Assembly (NCBI RefSeq): GCF_044704955.1
Contig: NC_091981.1
Span: 80,600,001 to 80,664,000, forward strand
Source: Pristiophorus japonicus
Lineage: Eukaryota
Direction of reading: 5' to 3'
DNA length: 64,000 bases
This document shows, one piece after another, positions 22,749 to 36,153 of this stretch. A program made the position numbers and the translations under genes. Position 1 is the stretch's first letter; every line of letters begins with the position of its first letter. The notes under the pieces were generated by a model, which saw only the letters and a program-made list of their open reading frames with translations, did no database searches and was not told the origin of the DNA.

Positions 22749-24505
22749 AGCAGAAACATAGAAATCTACAGCGCAGAAGGAGGCCATTTCGGTCCATGCC
22801 GACTGACAAAGAGCTACAAGACCCTCGGTCAGCAGCCCTGAAGTTAATATATAAACCTATAAACAATGGCAGAAAGGTAAAGAGCACCCAGCCCAATCAG
22901 TCTGCCCCACACAACTGCAACACCCCTTGTACCGAAACATTCTACACTCCACCCCAACCGGAACCATGTGATCTCCTGGGAGAGGCAAAAACCAGATAAA
23001 AACTCAGGCCAATTGAGGGGTGGGGGGGTGGAAATCTGGGAAAATTCCTCTCCGATCCAGCCAGGCAATTGAAACTAGTCCAGATCACCTTGGCTGTATT
23101 CGATTCCCTGCAGTATGCATCATCATATCTGCGCCAGCCAACAAGAGGTTATCCAGTATAATCCCACTTACCAGCTCTAGGTCCGTAACCCTGCAGGTTA
23201 CGGCACTTTAATTGCCCATCCAAGCACCTTTTAAATGTGGCAAAACCCATCAAAGCAGCAAGGGTGTCAGTGGGTGCAGATTTGCTGGGCCTCCTCCTGT
23301 TCGAGTTCTTTCCCTTTTGTTGTATGCCACCTTTCTCTGCAAACAGACCGAGAGTTCCAGACCCCCACAAACCTCTGCGTGAAGCAGCCTCATCTCAAAT
23401 CCCCTCTGAACCTTCCACCAACCACCTTAAAGCTATGCTCCTCGTAATTGACCCCTCCACCAAGGGAAATAAGCCCTTGCTATCCACTATATCCAGGCAC
23501 CTCAAAATTTTGTACACCTCAATGAGGTCTCCTCTCAATCTCTTCTGTTCCAATGAGAACAAACCCAGCCTAAGCAATCTGTCCTCAAAACTAAGATTCT
23601 CCATTCAGGCAGCATCCTAGTAAATCTCCTCTGCATCCTCTCGTGCAATCACGTCCTTCCTATAATACGGCGACCAGAACAGCATGCAGTACTCTAGCTG
23701 TGGCCTAACCAGAGTATTATACAATTTAAGCATAACCTCCCTGCTCTTGTATTCTATATCTTGGCCAATAAAGGCAAGCATTCCGTATGCCTCCTTATCC
23801 ACCTGGCCTGCTACTTTCAGCAATCTGTGGACAAGCACTCCAAGATCCCTTTGTTCATCTACACTTTTAACTGGCCTAACACTTAATGTATATACCCTTT
23901 CCTCATTAGCCCTCCCAAAGTGCATTACCTCACACTTCTCAGAATTAAATTCCATTTGCCACTACTCTGCCTACCTGACCAGTAGATTGATATCCTCCTG
24001 CAGCCCATGACTTTCCTCTTCATTATCAACCACACAGCCAATTTTAGTGTCGTCTGCAAACTTCTTAATCATACTCCTTATATTCAAATCTAGATCATTG
24101 ATATATACTACAAAAAGCAAGGGACCCAGAACAGAGCCCTGCAGAACCCCACTGGAAACATCTTTCCAGTCACAAAAACATCCATCAACCATTACCCTTT
24201 GCTTCCTACCTATAAATCAATTTTGGATCCAACTAGCCACTTTGCCCTGGATCACATGTGGTTTAACCTTCGTGACCAGTCTACCATGTGGGATCTTATC
24301 AAAAGCTTTGCTAAAGTTCATATACATCACATCGTACGCACTATCCTCATCGACCCTCCTGGTTACCTCCTCAAAAAATTCAATCAGGTTAGTCAAACAC
24401 GATCTTCCCTTAACCAATCTGTGCTGACTGTCCCTAATTAATACTTGCCTTTCCAAATATAGATTTAGCCTGTCTTTCAGGATTTTTTCCAATAATTTTC
24501 CCACC
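22749..24505 (-). mobile_element. CR1 LINE (5'-truncated RT to 3' UTR) inserted in the Myb pseudogene
   Basis: Minus-strand ORFs carry GVLQGSVLGP, KFADDTK and LVRPQLEY. The flanks rejoin as GGCAATGAGTGGGGAG, with ATGA on both sides. Confidence 0.93.
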
Positions 24506-25227
24506 ATGAGTGGGGAGAGCATTGACCTTACGCAATCATTCTTGGACACCATCAGTGGAGTGGGTGATGAGGTAGCGGGACTATCGGGAGAACTAACAGC
24601 AATCTCACGAGAAATGGGAACGGTGTCCGGGACCATGAGTGAGGGAATATTTCAGTCAGCTGAAACCATGTCAGTGAACATCAGAGAGGGGATGTCATAG
24701 GTAGTTGAGACAGTTTTGCTCAACATGAGGGAGGGAATGTTGCAGGTTGTTGAGACACTGTCAGGGCGCATGAAGGACGGCATGTTGGAGTTAGCTGCTG
24801 CACTAAGGGAACACGCCCCGACCCCGCGCCCATTGACAGAATCAACTGCCAGTCCCACTCCAATCCCCACACCAGCCTCTGAAGAGCCCCAAGCTGGGCC
24901 CTCCACATTGCCGCCTGCCGCCTCCCCCCTCCTCCCTCAACAGGTGTGCACTACCCGAGATCTTAGAAAGAATAAGCATGGTACTAATCCCAGAAGCACT
25001 GCACCACCGCCTGCGGGTAGGGGTGGTGGAGTCACCAAGAACAAGTGCGGCGGGCGGCCTTAGAATAAGGTGGAGGCTAGATGGGTGCAGCCTTTCTTTA
25101 CTGCTGCTGTTGTTGTTATTATTATTGTTACTGCTGTTCCATCATTTGTTCCATTAACACAACACAACATTATGGAACAGGTCCAAATAGTAAACATGGT
25201 CCATGTGGAATAGTCGTCGCTGAGCCT

Positions 25228-25925
25228 TCAGGCAGCAAAGCGTTCACGGATAAGCTAGTGGTGCAAGGCTTGAGCAATCGTTAAAGGGGCACGATGGCCT
25301 GCCCTCCTCCACCATCGAGCTTTGGGTTCAGGTACTTGCATGGCTTCCTCGTCCTCGTCATCTGCATCTTCCTCATCATTATCAGCCACTCTCACTGCAG
25401 GTGGGTCTTCTCCCACCAGTTGCTATTGCCTCATGATGGCTAAGTTATGCAGCACACAATAGTGAACTGACCGACAATCTCAGGGGAGTATAGCAAGTAG
25501 CCTCTGGAATGGTCCACGCAGCAGAAACGCTGTTTCAAGATGCCAATGGTTCTCTCTATGATGCTGTGCGTCGCAATGTGCGACATGTTGTAGTCCCGGT
25601 CAGCATAGGGGTGTCATGCTCCAGGTGGCGAGGCCGTATCCTTTGCCTTCCAGTAGCCAGCTCTGCCCTTCTAGCTGCTGCTGAAACATGGCAGATATAA
25701 CGCTCTCGTGTAGAATGAACGCATCATGGGTGCTCCCAGGGTATCTTGCATCGACTGATATAATGCGATGCATGTCGTCACACATGAGCTGTACATTAAT
25801 GGAGTGGAAGCCTTTTCTGTTCCTGCACATCTCACAATCCTCCAAAGGTGCTTGCAAGGCGACGTGGGTACAATCAATGCAGCCCTGTATCTTTGGAAAG
25901 CCAGCAATCCTGGAGACGCCCACAG
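25228..25925 (-). pseudogene. Harbinger DDE transposase, C-terminal fragment
   Basis: ORF 25600-25923 (-) contains GFPKIQGCIDCTH, NRKGFHSINVQ and PGSTHDAFIL. IERTIGILKQRF lies downstream. Confidence 0.93.
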
Positions 25926-27726
25926 CCGTGTTCTGAGGAAGTTCTACTTTGTATAGCTGGAAATGAACAGGCCCGAGATATCCTGTGATTTGAACAGCCA
26001 GCCTCTCAAGTTTAACAAAGAGCTTTGTATAAAATATAAACTAAACCGACCAGAAAGACTGTATATATTTGAAAACGAAGATTCAAAGATTCCCTCTAAA
26101 ATGTGTTGCCAGGGTAACAATTTTTGGGGCATTTTAAAACTTTCTGTACAACTATGATATAATGTGATAGCTAGTAGAACAGCTTTAAGCAACCTCCTTT
26201 TCATCACAGTGCCTCTCACAACCAGTGGGTGGATTTCTGCACCAAGGGAGTAGTTTGTGTTGAATGAGTCTCAAAGAACTAGACTACCTGGCACTGCCAC
26301 CGTTTCAAGCAGAGGTCATTCTGATTGGTAGAAACTTAAAAAAAATCTTAATTAGTACAGCAGTTTGGAGCACAAACACACATCATCAGGGAGTAATGGG
26401 ACACTCCATCAAGTTGCTAATCTCAGTCAAATTGATGCGAGAAGCTGGGGAGCAGAAGCCAGGTGACACCGCAAGGGAAGGGGAAACCAGAGGCACGGGG
26501 TTGCTTTTATGAAATTCCTTCCACCAATTCATTGTGGCATTGTTAAGAGCCTGGGATCAGATGGCACACCCAACCTCTCAGATGTGTACAGCCAGTACAC
26601 ATCACAGGGAGAAAATAAAGGGTTTGCATGCCCTGAAGAAAAATTATTACACTCATTCTTTTTTGCATTCTTCAATAGACAATAACATTTCAACTGCTAG
26701 TTCAAGGAGTACTACTATTTTCACACTTTCTTCAGATGTTTTTTCTCACCACCACAAATACAACATTTCTATAATGAGCAAGATGGATTTGTGGAAAACC
26801 CAATACAAACTCTTCCATCAATGCCACTCTACCACCAGAACTGGAACATGCCCACAAGTGTCCCAGTGATCCACCCTCTGACATCCTATCTATGCAGGAA
26901 ATGATTGCGCTCCACTCAGCATTTTAATGGTCCAGTTAGGATTTTGCTATGTGGGTTGTCAAAGAGTTTTAATACCAAAAAGTCTCTGAGTGCACGTGGT
27001 TTAACAAGAGTAAAAGTGAATGGCAACTGCATTCATTTCTAATGAAGAAAAATGTATCCCAGCGCATGTTGTATACGACTTTATAGTCAATTCATTTAGG
27101 ATCTCAGTTTCTGATGACAAACAACAAACTGAGGAAACAAACCCAACAGGGACAGGAACACCTATGCCATAACAGTCATAATGATGAACAAGTCAGAAAA
27201 AATTTGGCCTCAAGTTCCCCAACTAAAGTTCTAGCATCTTTGTACCTTATATTTCTTTTTCATGCACAGAGTGCCAAAAGATCAACTCCAACTAGCTGGT
27301 GCAGTCACATTAGACTGCAGCAGCTCCCCACCACTGACTTTCAAACCTACTGACAGACACAATCACAATGGCCTGGGCAAGCAGCACACAATTTCTGCTT
27401 AATCACAGGCCGAATTTTTAATCATTGGATAAAACTTTTCTCATCGTCCAACTATCAATGGCTTCCCAGTGTCCTGTTTAAAAAATAACTCTTAATGGAT
27501 CCAAATGAACCAACAGTTTGTTAGTTCTGCAGTCTCCAAAGACGGAATGTCAGCATGTGTCCAGTTTTATATCGTTAATTACTAGCGATTCCAGTAGAAT
27601 CTCCATTTTGGAGTCACCCTATCAACATAATTTTCTACATATCCCAATTTTTAAAACCCTCCGATTGTGGATCTTGTGTAATAATACAGTAATATGGCAG
27701 CACAGATGCTGGTTTGGTATAAGATG

Positions 27727-28378
27727 ATAAGAAACAGGAACAGGAGTAGGCCATTTAATACGAGCATGGCTGATCCGATCATGGACTCAGTTCCACTTCC
27801 CTGTCTGCTCCCCAGAACCCCTTAATCCCTTATCAGTTAAGAAATTGTCCATCTCTGTCTTAAATTTATTCAATGGCCCAGCTTCCACAGCTCTCTGAGG
27901 CAGTGAATTCCACAGATTTACAACCCTCAGAGAAGAAATTCCTCCTCATCTCAGTTTTAAATGGGCGGCCCCTTATTCTAAGATTATGCCCTCTAGTTCT
28001 AGTCTCCCCCATCAGTGGAAACATCCTCTCTGCATCCACCTCGTCAAGCCCCCTCATAATCTTAGACGTTTTGATAAGATCACCTCTCATTCTTCTAAAT
28101 TCCAATGAGTATAGGTCCAACCTACTCAACCTTTCCTCATAAGTCAACCCCCTCATCTCCGGAATCAACCTAGTGAACCTTCTCCGAACTGCCTCCAAAG
28201 CAACTATATCCTTTTGTAAATATGGAAACCAAAACTGTACGCAGTATTCCAGGTGTGGTCTCACCAATATCCTGTATAACTGTAGCAAGGCTACCCTGCT
28301 TTTATACTCCATCCCCTTTGCAATACAAGCCAAGATTCCATTAGACTTCCTGATCACTTGCTGTACCTGCATACTAAC
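27727..28378 (-). mobile_element. CR1 LINE 3' fragment
   Basis: ORF 27866-28372 (-) contains LVRPHLEYCVQFW and RRMRGDL. The 3' UTR is at the left end. Confidence 0.95.
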
Positions 28379-28388
28379 CCTTCATAAG

Positions 28389-31300
28389 GACATAAGAAAT
28401 AGGAACAGGAGTAGGCCATACGGCCCCTCGAGCATGCTCCACCATTCAATAAGATCATGGCTGATCTGATCATGGATTCAGCTCCACTTCGGTTGACGGT
28501 AGATATGCAATGGCAGATATTTTAAGATCACAACAATTGTACATCCCTGTCTGGCGTAAAAATAAATCGGGGAAGGTGGCTTAACAAGGGAAATTAGGAG
28601 CAATGTTAAATCCAAGGAAGAAGCATATAAACTGGCCAGAAAAAGCAGCAAACCTGAGGACTTGGAGAAATTTAGAATTCAAATAGAGGAGGACAAAGGG
28701 TTTAATTAAGAGGGGGAAAATAGAGTACGAGAAGCTTGCCAGGAACATATAAACTGACTGCAAAAGCTTCTATAGATATGTGAAGAGAAAAAGATTAGTG
28801 AAGACTAATGTAGGTCCTTTGCAGTCAGAATCAGGCGAATTCATAATGGGGAACAATGAAATGGCAGACCAAATAGAATACTTTGGTTCTGCCTTCACCA
28901 AGGAAGGCACAAATGACCTCCCGAAAATACTAGGGGACCGAGGGTCTAGCGAAAAGGAGGAACTGAGGGAAATCCTTATTAGTCAGGAAATGGTGTTTGG
29001 GAAATTGATGGGATTGAAGGCCGATAAATCCCCAGGGCCCATTAGTCTCCATCCCAGAGTACTTAAGGAAGTGGCCCTAGAAATAGTAGATGCATTGGTA
29101 GTCATTTTCCAACATTCCATGGACTCTGGATCAGATCCTATGGATTGGAGGGTAGCTAATGTAACCCCACTTTTAAAAAAAAAAGGAGGGCGAAAACAGG
29201 GAATTATAGACCGGTTAGCTTGACATCGGTGGTGGGGAAAATGCTGGAATCAATTATTAAAGATGTAGTAGCAGCGCATTTGGAAAGCAGTGACAGGATC
29301 GGTCCAAGTCAGCATGGATTTATGAAAGGGAAATCATGCTTGACAAATCTACTAGAATTTTTTGAGGATGTAACTAGTAGAGTGGATAAGGGAGAACCAG
29401 TGGATGTGGTGTATTTGGACTTTCAAAAGGCTTTTGATAAGGTCCCATACAAGAGATTAATGTGCAAAATTAAGGCACATAGTATTGGGGGTAATGTATT
29501 GACGTGGATAGAGAACTGGTTGGAAGACAGGAAGCAAAGAGTGAGAATAAACGGGTCCTTTTCAGAATGGCAGGCAGTGACTAGAGGGGTACCGCAAGGT
29601 TCAGTGCTGGGACCCCAACTATTTACGATATACATTAATGATTCAGACGAAGAAATTGAATGTAATATCTCCAAGTTTGCAGATGACACTAAGCTGGGTG
29701 GCAGTGTGAGCTGTGAGGAGGATGCTAAGAGGCTGCAGGGTGACTTGGACAGGTTAGGTGAGTGGGAAAATGCATGGCAGATGCAGTATAATGTGGATAA
29801 ATGTGAGGTTATCCACTTTGGTGGCAAAAACAGGAAGGCAGATTATCTGAATGGTGATAGATTAGTAAAAGGGGAGGTGCAATGAGACCTGGGTGTCATG
29901 GTACATTCATTGAAAGTAGGCATACAGGTACAGCAGGCAGCAAAGAAAGCAAATGGCATGTTGATCTTCATAGCGAGAGGATTTGAGTATAGGAGCTGGG
30001 AGGTCTTACTGCAGTTGTACAGGGCCTTGGTGAGACCACACCCTGAGTATTGTGTGCCGTTTTGGTTTCTTAATCTGAGGAAGGACATTCTTGCTATTGA
30101 AGGAGTGCAGCGAAGGTTCACCAGACTGATTCCTGGGATGACAGGACTGACATATGAAGAAAGGCTGGATCGATTAGGCTTATATTCACTGGAATTTAGA
30201 AGAATGAGAGGGGATCTCATACAAACATGTAAAATTCTGACGGGATTGGACAGGTTAGATGCAGGAAGAATGTTCCCGATGTTGGCGAAGTCCAGAACCA
30301 GGGGTCACAGTTTAAGGATAAGGGGTTATCCATCTAGGACCGAGATGAGGAGAAACATTTTCACCCAGAGAATTGTGAACCTATGGAATTCTCTACCACA
30401 GAAAGTTGTTGAGTCCAGTTTGTAGGATATATTCAAAAGGGAGTTAGATGTGGCCCTTATAGCTAAAGGGATCAGGGGGTATGGAGAGAAGGCAGGACTG
30501 GGGTACTGAAGTTGCTTGATCAGCCATGATCATATTGAATGGTAGTGCAGACTCGAAGGGTCAAATGGCCTGCTCCTGCACCTATTTTCTATGTGCCTAT
30601 GTCTCCCCGCCCGCTCCCCATAACCTCTTATCGTTTAAGAAACTGTCTATTTCTGTCTTAAATTTATTCAATGTCCCAGCTTCCACAGCTCTCTGAGGCA
30701 GAGAATTCCACAGATTTACAACACAGAAGAAATTTCTCCTCATCTCAGTTTTAAATGGGCGATCCTTGTTCTAAGATTATGCCTTCTAGTTCTAGTCTCC
30801 CCTATCAGTGGAAACTTCCTCTCTGCATCCACCTTGTCAAGCCCCCTCATAATCTTATACGTTTCGATAAGATCACCTCTCATTCTTCTGAACTCCAATG
30901 AGTAGAGGCCCAACCTACTCAACCTTTCCTCATAAGTCAACCCACTCATCCCCGGAATCAACCTAGTGAACCTTCGCTGAACCTCCAAAGCAAGTATATC
31001 CTTTCATAAATATGGAAACCAAAACTGTATTCCAGGTGTGATCTCACCAATACCTTATATAGCTGTAGCAAGACTTCCCTGCTTTTATACTCCATTTCCT
31101 ATGCAATAAAGGCCAAGATACCATTGACCTTCCTGATCACTTGCTGTGCCTGCATACTATCCTTTTGTGTTTCATGCATAAGTACCCCCAGGTCCTGCTG
31201 TACTGCAGCACTTTGCAATCTTTCTCCATTTAAATAATAACTTGCTCTTTGATTTTTTTCTGCCAAAGTGCATGACCTCACACTTTCCAACATTATGCTC

Positions 31301-31610
31301 CATCTGCCAAATTTTTGCCCACTCACTTAGCCTGTCTATGTCCTTTTGCAGATTTTTTGTGTCTTCCTCACACATTGCTTTTCCTCCCATCTTTGTATCG
31401 TCAGCAAACGTGGCTACGTTACACTCAGTCCCGTCTTCCAAGTCGTTAATATAGATTGTAAAAAGTTGGGGTCCCAGCACTGATCCCTGCGGCACCCCAC
31501 TAGTTACTGGTTGCCAACCAGAGAATAAAGCATTTATCCAGACTCTCTGTTCTCGATTAGTTCGCCAATCCTCTATCCATGCTAATATATTACCCCCAAC
31601 CCCGTGAACT
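28389..31610 (-). mobile_element. CR1 LINE 3' fragment split in two (28389-28490 and 30604-31610) by a nested CR1
   Basis: CAGCTCCACTTC (to 28490) and CCCGCCCGCTCCCCATAAC (from about 30606) are contiguous in the paralog at 27788-27815. RT motifs lie in 31172-31495 (-). Confidence 0.9.
28491..30603 (+). mobile_element. CR1 LINE, 5'-truncated, RT and 3' UTR (nested insertion)
   Basis: ORFs 28780-29223, 29220-29885 and 29898-30425 carry the full RT motif set. Tail CCTATTTTCTATGT. Confidence 0.95.
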
Positions 31611-32444
31611 GCATTGCCAAATCTATGGGGCAGATCAAAAGCAAGTTTTTAAACTTCACATGGATATCCAAACAACATTAGAAGTGCAGTGACTTCTACT
31701 TATTGCAAACCTAGTTTCAGGTATGGTTATATCTGTACCAAGGATTGCATATTTATATCTCTACCATTACCAGTGATACAGACACCCTTCCTTCATTTGT
31801 ATATCGCTTCAAGTCTCATTACTCTGAAATACTACACTATTCTGGGAATATTCTGCATACCAAATCATTTTTTTAAAATAATATATTACGTAGTAAAATA
31901 AATCTGTAATTTGTGTCGCAGTAGTTAATCATAGCATGACCATGGAACTTTGTTAATTAAATGACAGTCTGCATACTGTGGCCAATTCATTTTTGTAATA
32001 TTGATTTCCCCACACACTTTCTAAATATAAATGAACAGATAGTTATTAGTAGCTCAAAGCAATCATCCTTACATGATAGCCTAGAAAATAAAATTGCAGA
32101 AAATCACAAAAATGCAATTAACCCAGTTAACTAAAGCGATACAAATCAAAACTCTAAGTGCTCCAGGCAGTGTAGCATGTTGACTACACCGCGCCATCCG
32201 TTGGTGGGACATGGATTTGAACCTGTAGTTACCCATAAGTTGATTTACTTATCTCAGCCATACAGCTATGGGTAAGGATCAAACAAAGGCCCATGGCAAT
32301 TGGGGAGAGACAGTCACAGAAAATCACCTTGGGCTACTTTAAAATTTTCCCCCACCCGGCATCTCCCTTTCCCCTCCCAAATAGTCTGTTACAAAACAGC
32401 AATGCAACAGGCATTCTCGCTCTCCCAGTTGTGGAAGGTGGACA

Positions 32445-32603
32445 AGGAAAAATAAAAAAGCTAATTATTATTTAAATGGAGAGAGATTACAAAATGCTGC
32501 AGTGCAGAGGGACCTGGGGGTCCTTGTGGATGTAACACAAAAATTTAGTATGCAGGTACAGCAAGTAATCAGGAAGGCAAAAGGAATGTTGCCCTTTACT
32601 GCA
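32445..32603 (+). mobile_element. Short CR1 segment, inverted relative to the neighbouring copy
   Basis: Reverse-complement match to about 32824-32982. Confidence 0.85.
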
Positions 32604-33480
32604 ACTCTCGTTCTTCTAAACTCCAATGAGTATAGGCCCAACCTGCTCAACCTTTCTTCATAAGACAACCCCTTCATCTCAGGAATCAACCTAGTGAACT
32701 GCCTCCAATGCAAGTATAACCCAGCTTATGAGACCAAAACTGTTCGCAGTACTCTAAGTGTGGTCTCACCAATACCCTGTACAGTTGTAGCAGGATTTCT
32801 CCACTTTTATACTCCATCCCCCTTGCAATAAAGGCCAACATTCCATTTGCCTTCCTGATTACTTGCTGTACCTGCATACTAACTTTGTGTGTTTCATGCA
32901 CAAGGACCCCAGGTCCATCTGTACTGCAGCATTTTGTAATCACTTTCCAATTGAATAATAATTTGCTTTTTTATTTTTCCTGCCAAAATGGATAACCTTA
33001 AACTTTCCCACATTATACTCCATCTGCCAAATGTTTGCCCACTCACTTAGCCTGTCTATATCCCTTTGCAGATTCTTTGTGTCCTCCTCACAACTTGCTT
33101 TCCCACCCATCTTTGTATCATCAGTAAACTTGGCTACATCACACTCGGTCCCTTCATCCAAATCATTAATATAGATTGTAAATAGTTGAGACCTCAGCAC
33201 CAATCCCTGTGGCACCACACTAGTTACAGTTTGCCAACTGGAAAATGACCCATTTATCCCGACTCTCTGTTTTCTGTCAGTTAGCTAATCCTCTATTCAA
33301 ACTCCGTGAACTTTTATCTTGTGCAGTAACCTTTTATGTGGCACCTTATCGAATACCTTCTGGAAATCCAAATACACCACATCCACTGATTCCCCCTTAT
33401 CCACCCTGCTCGTTACATCCTCAAAGAATTGCAGCAAATTTGTCAAAAACAATATCCTTTTCATAAAACCATGCTGACTC
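32604..33480 (-). mobile_element. CR1 RT fragment, truncated at both ends
   Basis: Minus-strand ORFs with QHGFMK, YLDFQKVFDKVPH, KFTDDTK and LVRPHLEY. Confidence 0.93.
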
Positions 33481-33566
33481 ATGGCATCATGCGAAAGAAA
33501 GCTCTCTCCCCGATGGCTCAGTGCTCAGCATGGCAATGAGCTGTACATATTTGTGAAATGAAGATA

Positions 33567-33970
33567 CAGGTACAGCGTCCGAAATCCGGAATCCTCAGGA
33601 CTGAATCCATTCCGGTTTATAGGTTTTTCTGGATTTCAGACAAGAAAATCAATAGTCTGAAACACGGAATTCTCGACTGAACCCATGCTTGATTTTGGGT
33701 TTCGTCTCAAAAATGTCCGGTTTTCAGACAATAATTTTGGATTCCAGACGACCCCATCAGCTACACGCAAAAATTTCAGACAAGAAAATCAATAGTCTGA
33801 AACACGGAATTCTCGACTGAACCCATGCTTGATTTTGGGTTTCGTCTCAAAAATGTCCGGTTTTCAGACAATAATTTTGGATTCCAGACGACCCCATCAG
33901 CTACACGCAAAATGTCCGGTTTTTGGACAATTACGGTTTTCGGAGTTCTGGATTCGGGACGTTGCACCTG
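33567..33970. mobile_element. TA-flanked MITE (Tc1/mariner-pogo type) with an internal 140-bp tandem duplication
   Basis: Imperfect TIR CAGGTACAGCGTCCGAAATCC / GGATTCGGGACGTTGCACCTG with TA on both sides. 33633-33772 equals 33773-33912. Confidence 0.88.
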
Positions 33971-34123
33971 TACTACAATTGTGTCTCAGTGCATTTGGGC
34001 TCAGATGAGAAAATAACAAAACAAAAATAAGCCAGGGTTCCTCTTCACGATTCAGCAACTTCGACTGGAAAAATTTCATATGCAGATAGGATCTGGGTCA
34101 ACTGTGATGCATCCCATGCCTAA

Positions 34124-34268
34124 TAGAAACATAGAAAATAGGTGCAGGAGTAGGCCATCCGGCCCTTCGAGCCTGCACCACCATTCAATAAGATCATGGC
34201 TGATCATTCACCTCAGTACCCCTTTCTTGCTTTCTCTCCATACCCCTTGATCCCTTTAGCCGTAAGGG
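34124..34268 (-). mobile_element. CR1 3' terminal fragment
   Basis: TAGAAACATAGAAAATAGGTGCAGGAGTAGGCC is the reverse complement of the CR1 tail. Confidence 0.9.
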
Positions 34269-36153
34269 AAGATTTTCCTGATTACTATTAGCTGTAAATA
34301 ATTGCCTGGGCAGAGTGCAGAGACAAAAATTGGGCAGGGCAGATTGCACACCCATAATGGAGCCCGTCCAATATTCTGTTCATTTAACCTAAATCTGCCA
34401 CTCAAAATCTGTAGTCACATATGAAGAATGGCACCATAAGGATGGCTCCCAAAATATGTTCATGTCACAGAACCATTAAGCAGTGCCTTCATTAGAAGAG
34501 AAAAAGGAAGAAAAAACATTTTTTTTTCTAAATGAAGAGAAAAAAGCATTTTAAATGAAAGCAAGTAAATTACAAGTAGTGGATTTACTTAGGCTTCAGG
34601 TTCAGGTCAAATTTAATCTGATCTGCACAGATCTTTCAAGAGATATTCAATTCAAATTTCATCTCAACTCTCAGAACTACACAAGGGTGCATATGCTAAT
34701 GAGACCCTTCCTACCTTGATCTCCTGGTATGAATACGACCATATCTGTGTTTTAGTCTTTGGTGCTGTATAAGCAGAATACTTGATGTGCATATGAACAG
34801 GGAAGCATTACTGATCCTCCATCCTGATCAGATTAGCCATTCACAGCACGTACACAGTCTACATGCAGAGACTGTAATAGGGCAGTGTGACACAATGATG
34901 ACCAACAAAGAGTCTTATTGCATAGAATGAATCAACACTAGGTGTTTTGTACTAGTCAGATCTATGCAACAGTAATAAGACGACAGATTTAGATAATCTT
35001 GCCTCTTTTCAATGCAGCACTGGAAGGTGTAAATCAAAATGAGAAAAAGAAAATGGAACATAACCAGGTAACTGTTAGTCACAGAAAAGATTATCAAGGC
35101 ACCTCACCTTGTGACCCATCTACAAAAAGCTTTTTGGCAGTCGTTTAGAGATTTTCTTCAATTTATTTCAAGTTGTACTGTAGAGCGCAACATGGCCTCA
35201 ATTCATTGAATCTTGTTAAAAGACTCTTTCACCTCAGTTTTGAATAAATCCCCTGTAGTTTCTTTCTCAATAGAGGAATTCCTTCTAGTAAAACCTAGTT
35301 ATTTATGTAAACTTCTTGGCCCCAAGTTTCCACATGATTTGCTCCTGATTTTTAGGAGCAACTGGTATAGAACGGAGTATCTTAGAAATCGGAATTCTCC
35401 ACATTTAGTTTTCTGCAGTTCTAGTCAGGTAGAACAGTTTCACTTTGGAACTGAATTTTTTTTTCAAAAGGGGGCGTGTCCGGCCACTGACGCCTAATTT
35501 GAAAGTTTCCACAGTGAAAACGTACTCCAAACTAACTTAGAATGGAGCATGTGAAGATTTTTGTACGCTTGAAAAAACCTTGTCTACACTTTAAAAAATC
35601 AGGCGCAGGTTACAAATTAGGCGTCGGGAACGAGGTTGGGGGGGCGGGGGGGGGGGGGGGAAGGGAAGTCATTAAATTCTACAATCAATCCTTAGTTATA
35701 CTTATACAAATATTATATAAATAAATCCAACCTGAATAAAAATTTATAAGCAAAGAAAAGATTAAATAAACCATGTTCCTACCTGTGTGAAAGTGCTTCA
35801 GGCAGGCCTTTCAGGCAGCGGTGTGGCGTCAGTGTCTCGGCGGCAGGGGCAGGCAGCAAGCAGCCTTCGAGCTGAGCTGCGTTGCTTGAGGCAGGCCTTC
35901 ATTCCCCGCGAAGATGCAGCACCCGGACGGACTTGAGGCCATTCGGCCATGGGATTGCAGCGGCGTCAGTGGCTGGCCGGGAGCCGAAGAATCAGGAGCG
36001 GGCGTGAGGCCATTCGGCCACGCTTTAGGGGCGACGTCAGTGGCTGGCCGGCAGCCAAAGATACAGCAGCAGCCTTCGAGCTGTGAGGAGGACTGAGGCC
36101 ATTTGGACAGGGAGAGGCAGCCACAGAGACAGTTTTATATTTAAATTTGCAGA

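Larger units (their letters stand above)
21532..25063 (+). pseudogene. Harbinger Myb/SANT-like DNA-binding protein pseudogene, 3 exons (about 21532-21772, 21888-22036, 22276-25063)
   Basis: KNFLQDEVEAL, SGGQCKKKWQDLGQVVS|gtaagt and tttgcag|RKVAHNKRERTRTGGG, followed by an acidic exon 3. Stops, a mutated second donor and a CR1 insertion inactivate it. Confidence 0.88.
21198..25925. mobile_element. Truncated two-gene PIF/Harbinger element (Myb gene +, transposase -), with a CR1 insertion
   Basis: Left TIR GGGCTCAATTT. Both genes are homologous to those in 35318-40710. The transposase 5' end and second TIR are missing. Confidence 0.92.

Noticed and set aside
25947-26113. Possible + strand exon (LEMNRPEISCDL...)
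   Set aside because: Weak donor, unrecognised peptide and no partner exons.
27111-27139. CTGATGA...GAAAC hammerhead-like core
   Set aside because: No stem II pairing between the conserved boxes and no compatible stems I/III.
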